Of a stretch of DNA of 64,000 nt, positions 1-12,070 are shown piece by piece (the stretch's first letter is position 1; every line of letters starts with the position of its first letter). Made by a program: the position numbers and the translations under genes. Source of the DNA: Mobula hypostoma (taxonomy: Eukaryota); contig NC_086097.1 of NCBI RefSeq assembly GCF_963921235.1, forward strand, positions 134,976,001 through 135,040,000. Reading direction: 5' to 3'. A model generated the notes under the pieces. It did no database searches. It saw only the letters and a program-made list of their open reading frames with translations, and was not told the DNA's origin.

Positions 1-115
1 AGATTCATTGGTTCTTGATTAGTAAGGGCATCAAAGGTTATGGGGTGAAGGCAGGAGAATGTGATTGAGAAGGATGGCCTAATTCTGCTCCTTTGTCTTA
101 TGGTGCTATGGCTTA
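1..115 (+). mobile_element. CR1-type LINE 3' end fragment
   Basis: Ends ...cctaattctgctcctttgtcttatgg, the same tail as the CR1 3' ends at 39060-39100 (+) and 34175 (-). Confidence 0.7.
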
Positions 116-650
116 ATGTATCCTAACCGGAGTTTTATAAAGTTGCAACATATCACAGTCTCTCAAACAATCTTTTCAAAACCCTGTAAAGTTCTCTGAA
201 CATCCCTGCTCAGATTTCTCTTTTCTACACTGGTCCTCCAACAAAGTTCTGTTCCTGAGAACTGATTGGAACCTAAACCGTTTGCAAGTCAGAAATATAT
301 TTGCCAGGCGATATATTCAAGTAAAAATATGGGGCACCAAGGTCAATGTGCAGTTAAACAAGGACATGTAATTCAACTATTCAAATTTCTCTGCAAGGTG
401 CAATGATGTAGCCGTGGATGAAGTTGCCTGCAGTCTTACAGGAGCCAGCAAATCCATCCCACCAGAATCCCAAATGGTCATCTGTGTGTACATAAGATGG
501 AGAAGACATGTAGTCAATATTTTCAGATTCTTCACCCTGCTCAGAATGCAGCCAGATTCACTTTATGTGACAGTGGGGTTAAACCTGCAGCAAGATTTGG
601 GCAGAGAGCCTAACTGTAACATTTGTTTTCAATTCTGTAATACAATTCAG

Positions 651-756
651 GTTTACAACATATCTCGGAACATATGGTTCAGAATGGAGACAAGAATGGT
701 GAAGAACATCTGTGGTCCTGCAGCTGTGATTGGGGACAGGATCATTATCGTAGGAG
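651..756 (+). CDS. KLHL38: KLHL38 penultimate coding exon (Kelch repeats)
   Basis: ttcag|GTT acceptor, G|gtagg donor; 106 nt encoding VYNISRNIWFRMETRMVKNICGPAAVIGDRIIIVG(G), recognisably KLHL38; phase 1 matches the next exon. Upstream exons lie outside the window. Confidence 0.93.
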
Positions 757-1029
757 GTAGGTTGCAATACATTGCAATAATAGTCAGGATTATTTGTCCA
801 GAGCAGACACATTGACACACAACTTAATGAGGCAGGGAGAAGTGGGTCCCAGGAGGTGAATATTTTTCTCCTTCAGTTCCATGTCTCAGTCCTGGTTTAT
901 TATTGTCATCTATACTCAAATACGCTGAAAAGTTTATCTCGCATACTAAGTCCGCGCAGATTAAATCGTCACACAGTACAAGGTAAAACAATAACTATGC
1001 AGAGGAAGTGTAAAAACTACCAAAAGAGT

Positions 1030-1318
1030 TTTGCGAGACCATGGATCTGTGCCCGGCAAGCCTTCACTCTCCAGGGCGCAGGCCTGGGCAAGGTTGTATG
1101 GAAGACCAGCAGTTGCCCCTGCTGCAAGTCTCCCCTCTCCACAGCACCAATGTTGTCCAAGGGAAGGGCATTAGGACCCATACAGCTTGGCACCAGTGTC
1201 ATCGCAGAGCAATATGTGATTAAGTGAAAGCTCAAGGACACAACACGTTCCCTTGGCTGGGGCTCGAACTCACGACCTTCAGGTCGCTAGTCCAGTGCCT
1301 TAACCACTTGGCCACGTG
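1030..1318 (-). mobile_element. tRNA-derived SINE, full length with TSD
   Basis: Minus-strand box A TGGCCAAGTGG and box B GTTCGAGCCC; 12-bp TSD TACCAAAAGAGT at 1018-1029 and 1319-1330; inserted into an older LINE fragment. Confidence 0.85.
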
Positions 1319-2239
1319 TACCAAAAGAGTACTGTGCATGTAAACAATGAAGTGCAAGATCACAGCAAAGTCGATTGTGGGGCCAAGAGTTCATCTTATC
1401 ATACAAGAGCTCCATTCAAGAGTTTGAGGACAGTGGGATGGAAGCTGTCCTTGAGCCTGCTGCTAACTGCTTTCAGGCTTTTGTATCTTCTGCCTGAAAG
1501 GATATGCAAGAAGAGAAGATGTCCAGGGTGGTGGTGTCTTTGATTATGCTGGTTAATTTATTGAGGCTGTGAGAAGTATAGGCAGAGTCCATGGAGGGGA
1601 GGCTGGTTCCTGTGATGTGCTGAGCTGTGTTCACAACTCCCTGCAGTCTCTTGCAGTCATGTGCAGAGCAGTTGCCGTACCGAACCATTGTGTAACCAGG
1701 CAGAATGGTGCATCAATAAAAACTGGTAAACTGTACAGCCCAGTCCTGTGCTTGTCTTGGGAACAGTCCAGCAAACGCAATGCATGATACAGACCAGACA
1801 AGAAATACTGAGACCAATAATCACCCTCCTTCCCTGTTTATTACGAATAGAGAAATGTACAGAATGTGGAAGGATTCTGAGTAAATTAAGTCAAGTAATA
1901 TATGGAAGGGGAACTACATTGATGGAAAGGACAATTGGATTAAGGAAGAGTTAGATAAAAATCAGAAGTAAAAAGTTAAGAGAAAATAAATTAATCATTG
2001 TAAACTTCTGTTGGAGTAATTTACAGCTTGACAAATGAAACCCCGTAGATTCACTGAGTCCCTTTTTGAATCAAGTAGTTGAATGATATTCAGGGAATAC
2101 TCCAAAGGATCATTGATATTCACCTTAACATTGTGTGTTTACTTGGTATTTATGGTGCAATTTCATGAAACTGACAAGGAGTATGAAGTTGACAGCTTGA
2201 GACTAATTACAGAGAACCACGTCCTACCTACATTTTAAA

Positions 2240-2460
2240 CAAGAGTAAGGGAGATGCCCGTGATGCCTTGGCCAATAGTTATCCTTTGACCAACATCAGT
2301 AGAACAGATGAACAGTTCTGGGAGCTTGCTTATTGCAGAATAGCTGCTGCACATCCTACATTAAAACAGACCACACTCCAAAAAGTTCCTCTTTGACTGT
2401 GAAGCAATTACAGATATCTGATAGTGGTGAAATGTGTTATAAGAATACAAGTTCCTATTT
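2240..2460 (+). mobile_element. Deu-domain SINE relic (SacSINE1/AmnSINE1-like)
   Basis: ggccaatagttatcctttgaccaacatc...gggagcttgct...gctgctgcacatcctacatt... resembles the Deu core as recalled; similar copies elsewhere in the window. Confidence 0.6.
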
Positions 2461-4513
2461 TCTTAACAATATAAAACACTGAAGCTCAAGGCATGGTTGG
2501 TTGCATCTGTGGGCTAGGAAACAGTTAATATTTCATGTTAATGACCTTTTATCAGAACTGGGAAAGGCTGTAAATGTCGTTTTGAGTAGAAAACCTGTGA
2601 GCATATGCATCAGTGTTTAAAATTGTTAGAAGTCCAAGCGTAGATTTCGCAAAGAGCACAGAAACAGGCTTTTCCATCCACCGTTTCTGTGCTAACCATC
2701 AAGCAGTAACCCTAGCACTTGATCCATAGCCTCCATTCCTTGGTAATTCAAGTGCTCATGAATCGAACTCACCTCAGTGATGGAGGGTCTGAATTTTAGG
2801 GAAAGAGAGTTTCCCTGGTTTGACTCGAAACCAACATAAATTACTGATTGAAGTTTTGATTCAGGGTTGCTTGAGATAGAAGTAAGCTTTCCTGGTTTGC
2901 AAATAAGGTTAAGAACAAGGGCTTAGAAATTTTGATGCTTAATACAACTGTTTTTGTGCACTATACTTTGTAATGCAGAACTGACCAAGCACTCTATGAG
3001 TTAACAATCTGGTTGGATGAACTCAGCAGGACGTGCCGCAGTGCTTTATGTCTCTGTTCTATGAACTAACTTTGACTAACATTCCAAGGATCCTAGTTCA
3101 AATCCCATCAGGCCAGCTGACAAATCTGATGTTTTTACACAATCTGATCTGTAAGTGACTCCAGTAAACATCCTCACAAGCCACCCTGTTCAGAGGTAAT
3201 AAAAGCTATCATTACAGATAATGCCTATATCTCAAGAAAATGGATTTTAAAAAGTAAAATGCAGTGTTCCTTTTGGATTCTGTGACCCACTCATGCACTG
3301 GTGTGGTTAGGTGGACACCTGGCGTTCCATTGCATTGAGGGTGCTTTCCTGTCGCACCATAGCATGGGCTGTGACAGGTGCAGTACAACCACTCTCGAGG
3401 AAGCCTGTGAGAGGTTTGTTTCCAGCCCATGAGGTCCACACATGAGACCCTCATTTTAATAAATAAGTTTATTAACATGCACTTCTACAGCTGCTAACCC
3501 CTCATGCCCCAAAACATCAGAATCAGGTTTATTATCACCATCATGTGTCATGAAATTTGTTAACTTAGCAGCAGCAGTTCAATGCAATGCATAATACAGA
3601 AGAAAAAAAACAAAAATCAATCAATCAATCAATTACAGTATATGTATATTGAATAGATTAACAATTGTGCCAAAACTGATATAATTTAGATTTTAAAAGT
3701 GAGGTAGTGCTCATGGGTTCAATGTCCATTTAGGAATTGGACAGCAGAGGGGAAGAAGCTGTTCCTGAATCGCTGAGTGTGTGCCTGAAGACATCCAACA
3801 TCAGCCCCACTTATCCTTGCCCATCTAGACCTGACTTGATCTCTCCATAGAGGACATCCCCACATGTTCACAGCCATGGACCATGCTTGCTCACAATCAC
3901 CTCTACCTTTCCAATCTAACTGCCACCTGATCTGCCCTTGCCCCTACCCCCATGACCCCTTAGTCTCCCTGCAGCAGTGAGACCTGGCAGCTCACTGTCT
4001 ATGCCCTTTTATTATGTCTTTATCAATGAGAGGATACTCAGACAGGACCTCCCAAACCTCCAACCTCCACCATAAGTAGGACAAGGGCAGCAAACAATCT
4101 GAACACTCCCCTCCAAATCACACACCACTCCTTCATGGTCTCTGGTCTAAATCCTGGAACTTTCCCCCAACAGCATTGTAGGACTGCCTTTACCAAAATG
4201 ACTGCTGTGGTTCAAGAAAGGGTTCGCCACTACCCTCACAAGGGGTAAATAGGAGCAATAATTGCCAGTGCAGTCCAGCTCCTTTAAACAAAATAACAGA
4301 AAGCACTGGAGAAAATGTCACTTGCATTCTCTGACTCCCTTCTGATGACAGCTCCTGAACCTGAATTGTTAACTCTGATACTGCACCCACGGATGCTAGC
4401 TGGCCTGCAGGGCATTTCCAGAATTTCATGTTTCTAGTTCAGATTTCCACCATTTGCAGCGTTTACACCTGAGAATGATGGTTTTGTTGTAAGTCTGCTT
4501 GTTACTCTTTCAG

Positions 4514-4803
4514 GATACACAAGGAGAACGATTGCCTTTGACACAAAGAGCAGCCAGTTTATAAAATGTGCTGATCTGAAAGAGAGGAAGATGCATCATG
4601 GAGCCACAGTTGTAAACAATAAAGTCTATGTTACCGGAGGCCGATACATCACTTCTGACCACACCATCGAAGACTGTGATGCCTTTGACTGCTATGACCC
4701 AGAGACAGATAGCTGGACATCTGAAGGAAGCCTCCCACACAAGCTCTTTGACCACGGATGTCTAACACTGCAAAGCATTTCCTACAAACCCAGCACACTG
4801 TGA
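4514..4803 (+). CDS. KLHL38: KLHL38 last coding exon
   Basis: ctctttcag|GA acceptor; (G)YTRRTIAFDTKSSQFIKCADLKERKMHHGATVVNNKVYVTGGR...FDCYDPETDSWTSEGSLPHKLFDHGCLTLQSISYKPSTL*; Kelch GG/Y/W pattern; same-strand neighbour of FBXO32 as in other vertebrates. Confidence 0.95.
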
Positions 4804-5108
4804 GTTTTGTAGCAGAGCATCACAGACTGTTTCAGGCAGGAGAAGACCATTCCACTTGTCCATGTGTGGTATGCCATCTTTGATATGGGTCTGTCACCTT
4901 CCTCTCAAAACCCAGTGTATCTTCTTCTTCCCCTGACATATCAGGAAGTGAGTTCACTTTCTTACCACACTTCATGCAAAGTAATCTCTCCTTCACTTCC
5001 AGCTCTCCCTGTCAATTATCAACTGTCACTACTTAAGTTCTGACCACAGAAGAAGGGATTAATCGGTGAAGAATGCGTTGACTGCTAAGGCTCAACGAGG
5101 GTATTGCA

Positions 5109-5247
5109 ACACACAGAAAATGCTGGTGGAACTCAGCAGGCCAGGTAGCATCTGTGGAAAAAAGTCGATGTTTCGGGCCTGCTGAGTTCCTGCAGCATTT
5201 TGTGCGTGTTGCTCGGATTTCCAGCACCTGCAGATTTTCTCTTGTTA
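5109..5247. mobile_element. Miniature palindromic Penelope pLTR insertion
   Basis: Inverted arms (aaaatgctggtggaactcagcaggcc / ggcctgctgagttcctgcagcatttt); 11-bp TSD AGGGTATTGCA at 5098-5108 and 5248-5258. Confidence 0.8.
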
Positions 5248-5483
5248 AGGGTATTGCATTACAGTTCTGTTGACTGTAAACAGTAATTTGCAATTGGTTT
5301 ACTCCTGCTGCATGCATTGAGATACAGTGAAAAGCTTTATTTTGCATCCTGCATGCCATTGTCGTGGAGTTTCAGATTTGTGAATCACTGGGAACTCTTC
5401 TGGGGAAGGTATGACCTGGATGGGTTACATGTGAACTCAAGGGGGACCAACATCCTTGCAGGCAAGTTTTCTAGAGCTGTTAG

Positions 5484-5676
5484 TGTTACGTATTCACGTC
5501 TATTTTGACCCTTATGGATTGCTGTCAAGCTTCCCTGCGTGTTATGTACTGAACGCAATGTGAGAGGGCATTCTGAGCAGATGCAAAATAAACAGCAGCA
5601 CATTTGTTCCTCTCCCCTCTGTCTCACGTGTGTGTTATTCACAGACACCCGGATCCCTAGTACCACCAACATAACA
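5484..5676 (+). repeat. 5' LTR of Gypsy element
   Basis: Shares tattttgaccctta, caagctt, gcaaaataaaca, tttgttcc and cataaca blocks with 12362-12548. Confidence 0.88.
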
Positions 5677-7413
5677 AATGGCCATGAGGTGACAAGTCCT
5701 CACGTGATATTTATTGAGTTTTTTCCCCCTTTGGGAAGAAAAGTCCATGTGCAACACTGGCGGTGTACTGCGGTGTACTGCTGTGTAATGCGGGTGAGCG
5801 AAAAGAAACTGGCCACAGGACGTGTGGCGAGCGAAGAATCTGATGGGAGAGAATGAGAAGGTGACGGTTAAATAAAACAAATAAGAGAGGGAGAGACAGA
5901 CGGATAAGACTAGTTAACTTTTCTGGAAGATGATTGTGTTTGAAAATGGTGAGAATGTTTGGAAGTATGGGGCCATATGACAAAACAACAGAGCAATGGA
6001 GTTCATATACATAAAGATTTGAATATTTTGTGCTGACAAATTAAATTTCAGATGATATTCATGTTCTAGCTTTTCTGACTGTGATGGGTGCAAATGCGTT
6101 TAATTTATTACGCAGTCTAGTGCACCCTGTTCAGCCTGGCCTGGCTGTAAACATTATGAGGCCATAGTTAAAGGCTTGAAGGACCACTGTTCACCTAAAC
6201 CTTTGACTATTGCTGAGAGGTTTAGGTTTCATAAAAGGAATCACAGGAAGGTGAGTCTATTTCACGGTTTGTGACGGTGATGAATTAATTGTCTGAACAC
6301 TGTGATTTTGGGCAGTCGTTGAACGACACATTATGTAATAGACTTGTATGTGGTCTGTGTCGTGAGGCAATTCAGAAATATTTGCTTACAGAAGACAGAC
6401 TAACATTACAGAAGGCAATTGAGATTAGTACTTGCTAAGGAGATGGCAGATAAAGAAGCAGACCTATTAAGCATCTTCCCAGGTTCGTAAAGTTCCTACT
6501 GACTTTCAGAATAAGACACCTATTTGCGGGAAAACTGGGCATTCAACAAAATAATGCTTGGATAAGGATTTAGATTGGCAAAACTGTGGCAAAAAGGGAT
6601 ACATTGAATGTGCCTATAAAAAAGACACTGTTGAAAAGAAAAATAACTTTTGGGGAAAAAAAAGATACATGCGAGCAAGATGGAACATACTGAGGGAGGA
6701 CTGAGCGTCTCTCTGTGGTTGAAGAAGCTTTGCGTGTTTTATCTGTTTCAGGACTCAGAGATGGCTATTGGGTGGCCCCATGGTTGGACAGGGCCACAGT
6801 GAGGGTGCAGATGGACACAGATGCTGCAGTATCACTGGAGTCTGAGGCAGTTTACAAAGAGAAATTGCAGAATCTCACACAAGGAGGGTCAAGGTTGGCT
6901 TTAAAGACTTATATTGGTGAGGTTGTTCCAGTGAGGGGATTAATACATGTTACAGTAGAGAGTAACAAACAGAGAAAGAAACTTCCATAGTACATTGTTA
7001 AAAGGCAGTTATCCAGCACTTCTGGGCCACTCGTGGTTGGAGCAGATCAAACTCAGCTGGCAGGAAGTGCACTTGATTGGTGGGAGCACTGGTCTACAAG
7101 AGGTATTGAAGAACCATGCAAATGTATTCAACAGAGAACTGGAGAGTATGAAAGAAATCTCTGTTAAACTGGCTGTTAAGCCTGACACAGCACCCAAATG
7201 CCTGAAGGCAAGACCTGTTCCATACAAACTCAAACCAAAGGTAGAGGCTGAATTGGAAAGATTGGTCCAGAGTAAGGTATTGAAATCAGTGTGTGTAAGT
7301 AAATGGGCAACTCCAGTGATTCCCGTCCTAAAAAGGGATGGGTCTTTAAGGTAACACACATCAAAGTTGCTGGTGAACGCAGCAGGCCAAGCAGCATCTC
7401 TAGGAAGAGGTAC

Positions 7414-7449
7414 AGTCGACGTTTCAGGCCGAGACCCTTCGTCAGGACT
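7414..7449 (-). ncRNA. Minimal hammerhead ribozyme motif (inverted pLTR copy)
   Basis: Exact reverse complement of 8326-8361. Confidence 0.78.
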
Positions 7450-8325
7450 AACTGAGGGAAGCATTAGTAAGAGATTTGAAAGTGGGAGGGGAAGATGGTA
7501 TTGTTCAGCCATAAGAACCAGGTTAATGGTTAGCTTGAAGTCTGGACAAAACCTTAAAGACCCACACACAAGGAATTCTGCAGATGCTGGAAATTCAAGC
7601 AACACGTCAAAGTTGCTGGTGAACGCAGCAGGCCAGGCAGTATCTCTAGGAAGAGGTACAGGCGATGTTTCAGGCCGAGACCCTTCGTCAGGACTAACTG
7701 AAGGAAGAGCTAGTAAGTCACCTGTGAGTCGGCTGGGGTGATATACTGCGTCCGGTGCTCCCGATGTGGCCTTTTATATATTGGCAAGACCCGACGCAGA
7801 CTGGGAGACCGCTTTGCTGAACACCTACACTCTGTCCGCCAGAGAAAGTAGGATCTCCCAGTGGCCACACATTTTAATTCCACATCCCATTCCCATTCAC
7901 ATGTCTATCCACGGCCTCCTCTACTGTAAAGATGGAGCCACACTCAGGCTGGAGGAACAACACCTTATATTCCGTCTGGGTAGCCTCCAACCTGATGGCA
8001 TGAACATTGACTTCTCTAACTTCCGCTAATGCCCCACCTCCCCCTCGTACCCCATCTGTTAGTTATTTATACACACACAGTCTTTCTCTCACTCTCCTTT
8101 TTCTCCCTCTGTCCCTCTGACTATACCCCTTGCTCATCCTCTGGGCTCCCCCCCCCCGCTTTTCCTTCTCCCTGGGTCTCCTGTCGCATGATCCTCTCAT
8201 ATCCCTTTTGCCAATCACCTGTCCAGCTCTTGGCTCCATCCCTCCCCCTCCTGTCTTCTCCTATCATTTTGGATCTCCCCCTCCCCCTCCCACTTTCAAA
8301 TCTCTTACTAACTCTTCCTTCAGTT

Positions 8326-8361
8326 AGTCCTGACGAAGGGTCTCGGCCTGAAACGTCGACT
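8326..8361 (+). ncRNA. Minimal type I hammerhead ribozyme motif in Penelope pLTR
   Basis: AGTC-CTGACGA-AGG(gtctcgg)CCT-GAAA-CG-TC-GACT: both conserved core boxes, stems I and II, and palindromic ACGT stem III. Confidence 0.8.
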
Positions 8362-8849
8362 GTACCTCTTCCTACAGATGCTGCCTGGCCTGCTGTGTTC
8401 ACCAGCAACTTTGATGTGTGTTGCTTGAATTTCCAGCATCTGCAGAATTCCTCGTGTGTGGGTCTTTAAGGTTTTGTCCATACTTCAGGCTAACCATTAA
8501 CCTGGTTCTTATGGCTGAACAATACCATCTTCCCCTCATTGATGAACTTTTTGCAGGATTAGCCTGAGGACAGACACTTAACAAGATTGACTTGTGTCAA
8601 GCATACCTTTTCAGCGAGCAATGGACCAGATCCTGAGCAGGTTTGCAGAGGTGCAATGCATTTTAGATGACTTGCTCATCATTGGGAAAAGTAAGTGTGA
8701 GCACCTACAAAACCTGGATTGCTACACCATGAAGACTCAAGGAACATGGGCTGAGGGTCTGGAAGGACAAGTGTGAGTTCCTTTGACCTGTGGTTGTGTA
8801 TTTGGGCCTTGTGATCAACAACACAGGGTTTCATAAGGCAACATCAAAG

Positions 8850-9463
8850 CAGACATCCCACCCTGCAAAAACTCATTTCAGGGAGGTAGCACTATCAATT
8901 TGCGGGAGACTTCCGGGAGAGGTGGGATGTCTGCAATAGAGTAGCTCCTTAGCAGCTGGCCAGCTAGTTTAAATAATGTTAGCTATGCTAATGAACGAAT
9001 GACACCTGTTAAACTCACCTCAGCATGTCTTTTACAGTCTTAACCCACCATGGGCGATAGAAAAGTCACTGTTGCAAACAGTGCAGCGAGCAACACTGTC
9101 ATTATTTTGAGCCCTATTAGGCAGCGGTACACTTTAGTGTAGTCTGGGGTGACGTACGTTTTATATTTTTTTGGAACACTCTGCAATGGCGCACTCTCTC
9201 TCTCTCTCGTGGTCACTCGCGCGCTCTCAAGTGCTCTCGCTTGCTCTCTCCCTCTCTCGCTCGCTCTCTCTCACTCTCTCGCTCGCTTTCTCTCTCTCGC
9301 GCGCGCTCTCTCTCGTGGTCGCTCTCGCGCTCTCTCTTGCTTTTCTCTCACTCGCTCTCAAAAAAATTGATTTCCGTGATATTGTATATAATTTGCGGGC
9401 ATCAGGGAGCCACTATTCATATGCGGGAGACTCCTGGAAGCTCCAGGAGAGGTGGGATGTCTG
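8850..9463. mobile_element. Non-autonomous TIR DNA element (MITE) with 6-bp TSD
   Basis: TIR CAGACATCCCACC / GGTGGGATGTCTG; TSD TCAAAG at 8844-8849 and 9464-9469; interrupts Gypsy pol; internal CT/CTCG microsatellite at ~9193-9360. Confidence 0.88.
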
Positions 9464-11394
9464 TCAAAGGTGAAGGCAATCGTGGAAGCCCCATCACCAC
9501 AGAATGTAAGTCAATTAAGATCTTTCTGAGGACTACTAACATACTATGCAAAGTTTATTCCTAACCTATCTAGCATGGTGAAACTACTTTATAAGCTTTT
9601 AAATAAATCAACGCATTGGCAGTGGACAGATCACTGTGAAGAGGCTTTTAAAAAGGCCAAACCAGCCTCGTCAAAGTCTGAAGCACTCACACACTTCAAT
9701 CCGTCATTGTCCATACAGTTGTCCTGTGACGCATCACCCGATGGTGTGGGGGCAGTAATCTCATGCGTCATGTCGTTGGGTGAACTGCGTCCAATACTTT
9801 CACATCAAGGACATTAAGCAAGGCAGAAAGCTTCTATGCCCAGGCACTCTCTGGAGTCTTTGGAGTTAAGAAATTCCATCAATTCCTCTTTGGGTGATGA
9901 TTTACACTACAGACAGACCATCGTTCCTTGACATCAGTTTTTGGTCCAAATGTGGGCGTTCCTTCCCTCGCTCCTTTTCAAATGCAATGATGGGCTCTGT
10001 TGCTAACTGCACATCAGTACGATATAAAGTACAAGGAGGTCCAACCCTCATCAAATGCTGATGGACTACCCAGACTTCCCTTAGCTGTTGCAGCTCCAGA
10101 GCCATACCCAGAAGAGATCTTTCAATGAAATACCTGCAGCGATATCTGTGGTGCAAGTCTGGAAACACATACGTACTGACACTGTTCTATCATAAGCGGT
10201 GGGCATGGTAACTCATGAATGGAAAAGAGAGTCAACCACAGAATTAAAACCTTACCAGGCACGATGGAAGGAGCTCACAGTCCAAGCAGGAAGTTTACAG
10301 TGGGGCTACCGTGTTGTCATTCCTCCACCGTTAAGAACACAAGTGCTTGATGAGCCACATGCTGGACACTGTGGCATAGTGTGCATGAAAGAAATCACAC
10401 ACAGCTATTTCTGGTGGCCAGGACTGGATATAACCATTGAAGAGAAGACCATAGCAGGCACCTGTGTGAGAAATGTCCCTCAGCTTACTCCTTTGCATCC
10501 ATGGGAATGGCCTGAGGAACCACGGCAGAGGATTCACATAGATTTTACAGGATCTGTAGAAGCCATATGTTCTTGGTCATAATGGACACAAAGGACCTGA
10601 GGTTGCCATACCGAAGAGCACTACATCTGAAATAGGCATTGAGGAGTATCATTCCATCTAGCTGTTTTGCGCTTCCTCAACAGCTTGTAAATGATAATGG
10701 CCCACAACTCCTGTCTGAAGAGTTCAAGGCATTTATGGAAACAAACAGTATTCAGCACATCCAGTCAGCACCATTTCATTCAGCCACTAATGACCTTGCT
10801 GAACAATTCATACAATGAAACAAGCCCTCAATACTTCAGCAGGAGGTGGATCCTTCAAACAGCGTCCTCACACTTTCTTGCTGACATAGGAACACACCTC
10901 GTGCCATCACCAAAATGGCTCCAGCCACTGCACTGATGAAAAGGCAGCTGCAGATCTGTCTTGACCTACTTCAACCCCTAAACACAAAACAGATTGTGCT
11001 AAATGAACAGAAACCCCAAACAGAGAAACGTGCCAAAGCGAAGTACAGAAGTTTCACAGCAGGAGAGCGAGTACTTGCCGGGAATTACATCTCTGACACA
11101 AAGTGGATACCTGTGACAGTGTGGCACAAACTAGTCCTGTGTTGTACACGGTGGAAACTAGTTACCACAACATCTGGAGAAGGCATGTTGATCTGCTGTT
11201 GCCCACTTCTGAGGCAACTGAAAACCAAAACAAGCTTATGTACCGATCCAGATCCAATTGTAGAAATGGGACAGGATTCTGAGAAGACTGCAGAACCTCC
11301 ATAAAGGTCAAATGACACAGCCAGTGTTCCTACACCACTTGTGTTTTCTGAGGTGCCTCGTAGTGACAATGCAGTATCCAAGTGATGATCTATA

Positions 11395-12070
11395 TGGGGA
11401 GGAGAAGATGGCGGCACGACGCAGCTCGCGTGGCCGCTCCGAAATTATATCGTATTTGTAAGTAGGATGCCGTGCACAATCCTGATTTGATGGAGACAGA
11501 CGTGAGAAGCACGGAGGAACATCTGGAGAAACTCCTGAAATGCCTGCTTCGCTGCCGCTGCTACTGTGCGATTGAGAATCTCCGGAGGGGAAGGCCCCAA
11601 ATCCTCGGCTTTGCCTATTGCTTGATGCCGGGGCCGGGGTCGAAGCACTCAGCAGAGATGGTGCTCGGTGTCGGAGGGCTGGTTGGAGGCTCAAAGTTTT
11701 CGGACGGACTCAAGAGTCAGCTGTGGTCGGGTGCTTCCAGGGTGCTGCATCGGCAAGTTTGCAGTGCTGGAAGCTCATGGCAGGGCGAGTTTTTTTCCTT
11801 CCTTGTACCGTCTGCATGAGATGATGGGACTTTCGAGAGACTTTGAGACTTTTTTTTACCGTGCCCATGGTCTGTTCTTCATCAAATTACGGTATTACTT
11901 TGCACTGTTGTAACTATATGTTATAATTATGTGGTTTTTGTCAGTTTTTTTAGTCTTGGTTTGTCTTGTGTTTCTGTGATATCATTCTGGAGGAACATTG
12001 TATCATTTCTTAATGCATGCATTACTAAATGACAATAAAAGAGGACTGCGTGTCCTCATAATCTAATCTA
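11395..12070 (+). mobile_element. Non-autonomous non-LTR retroposon with (AATCT)n tail
   Basis: Starts ggggaggagAAGATGGCGGC; CpG-rich 5' half; AATAAA at 12034-12039; (aatct)3 tail; flanking ATCTATA duplicated at 11388-11394 and 12071-12077. Confidence 0.75.

Larger units (their letters stand above)
7353..8458 (+). mobile_element. Penelope-like element: 5'-truncated GIY-YIG end plus direct and inverted pseudo-LTRs
   Basis: IYCVRCSRCGLLYIGKTRRRLGDRFAEH...LRLEEQHLIFRLGSLQPDGMNIDF (GIY-YIG, one frameshift) at ~7738-8029; pLTR ends at 8458; two inverted pLTR pieces within 7353-7717; 14-bp TSD TGGGTCTTTAAGGT at 7339-7352 and 8459-8472. Confidence 0.9.

Noticed and set aside
414..815. 133-aa ORF as a single exon or gene
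   Set aside because: Only 651-756 is Kelch-like and bounded by AG/GT; the rest is intronic read-through.
1247..1318. tRNA gene on the minus strand
   Set aside because: No clean cloverleaf; it is the head of a TSD-flanked SINE.
7009..8469. Longest ORFs (198, 146 and 124 aa) as novel proteins
   Set aside because: They are chance frames across Gypsy/Penelope junctions and pLTR sequence.
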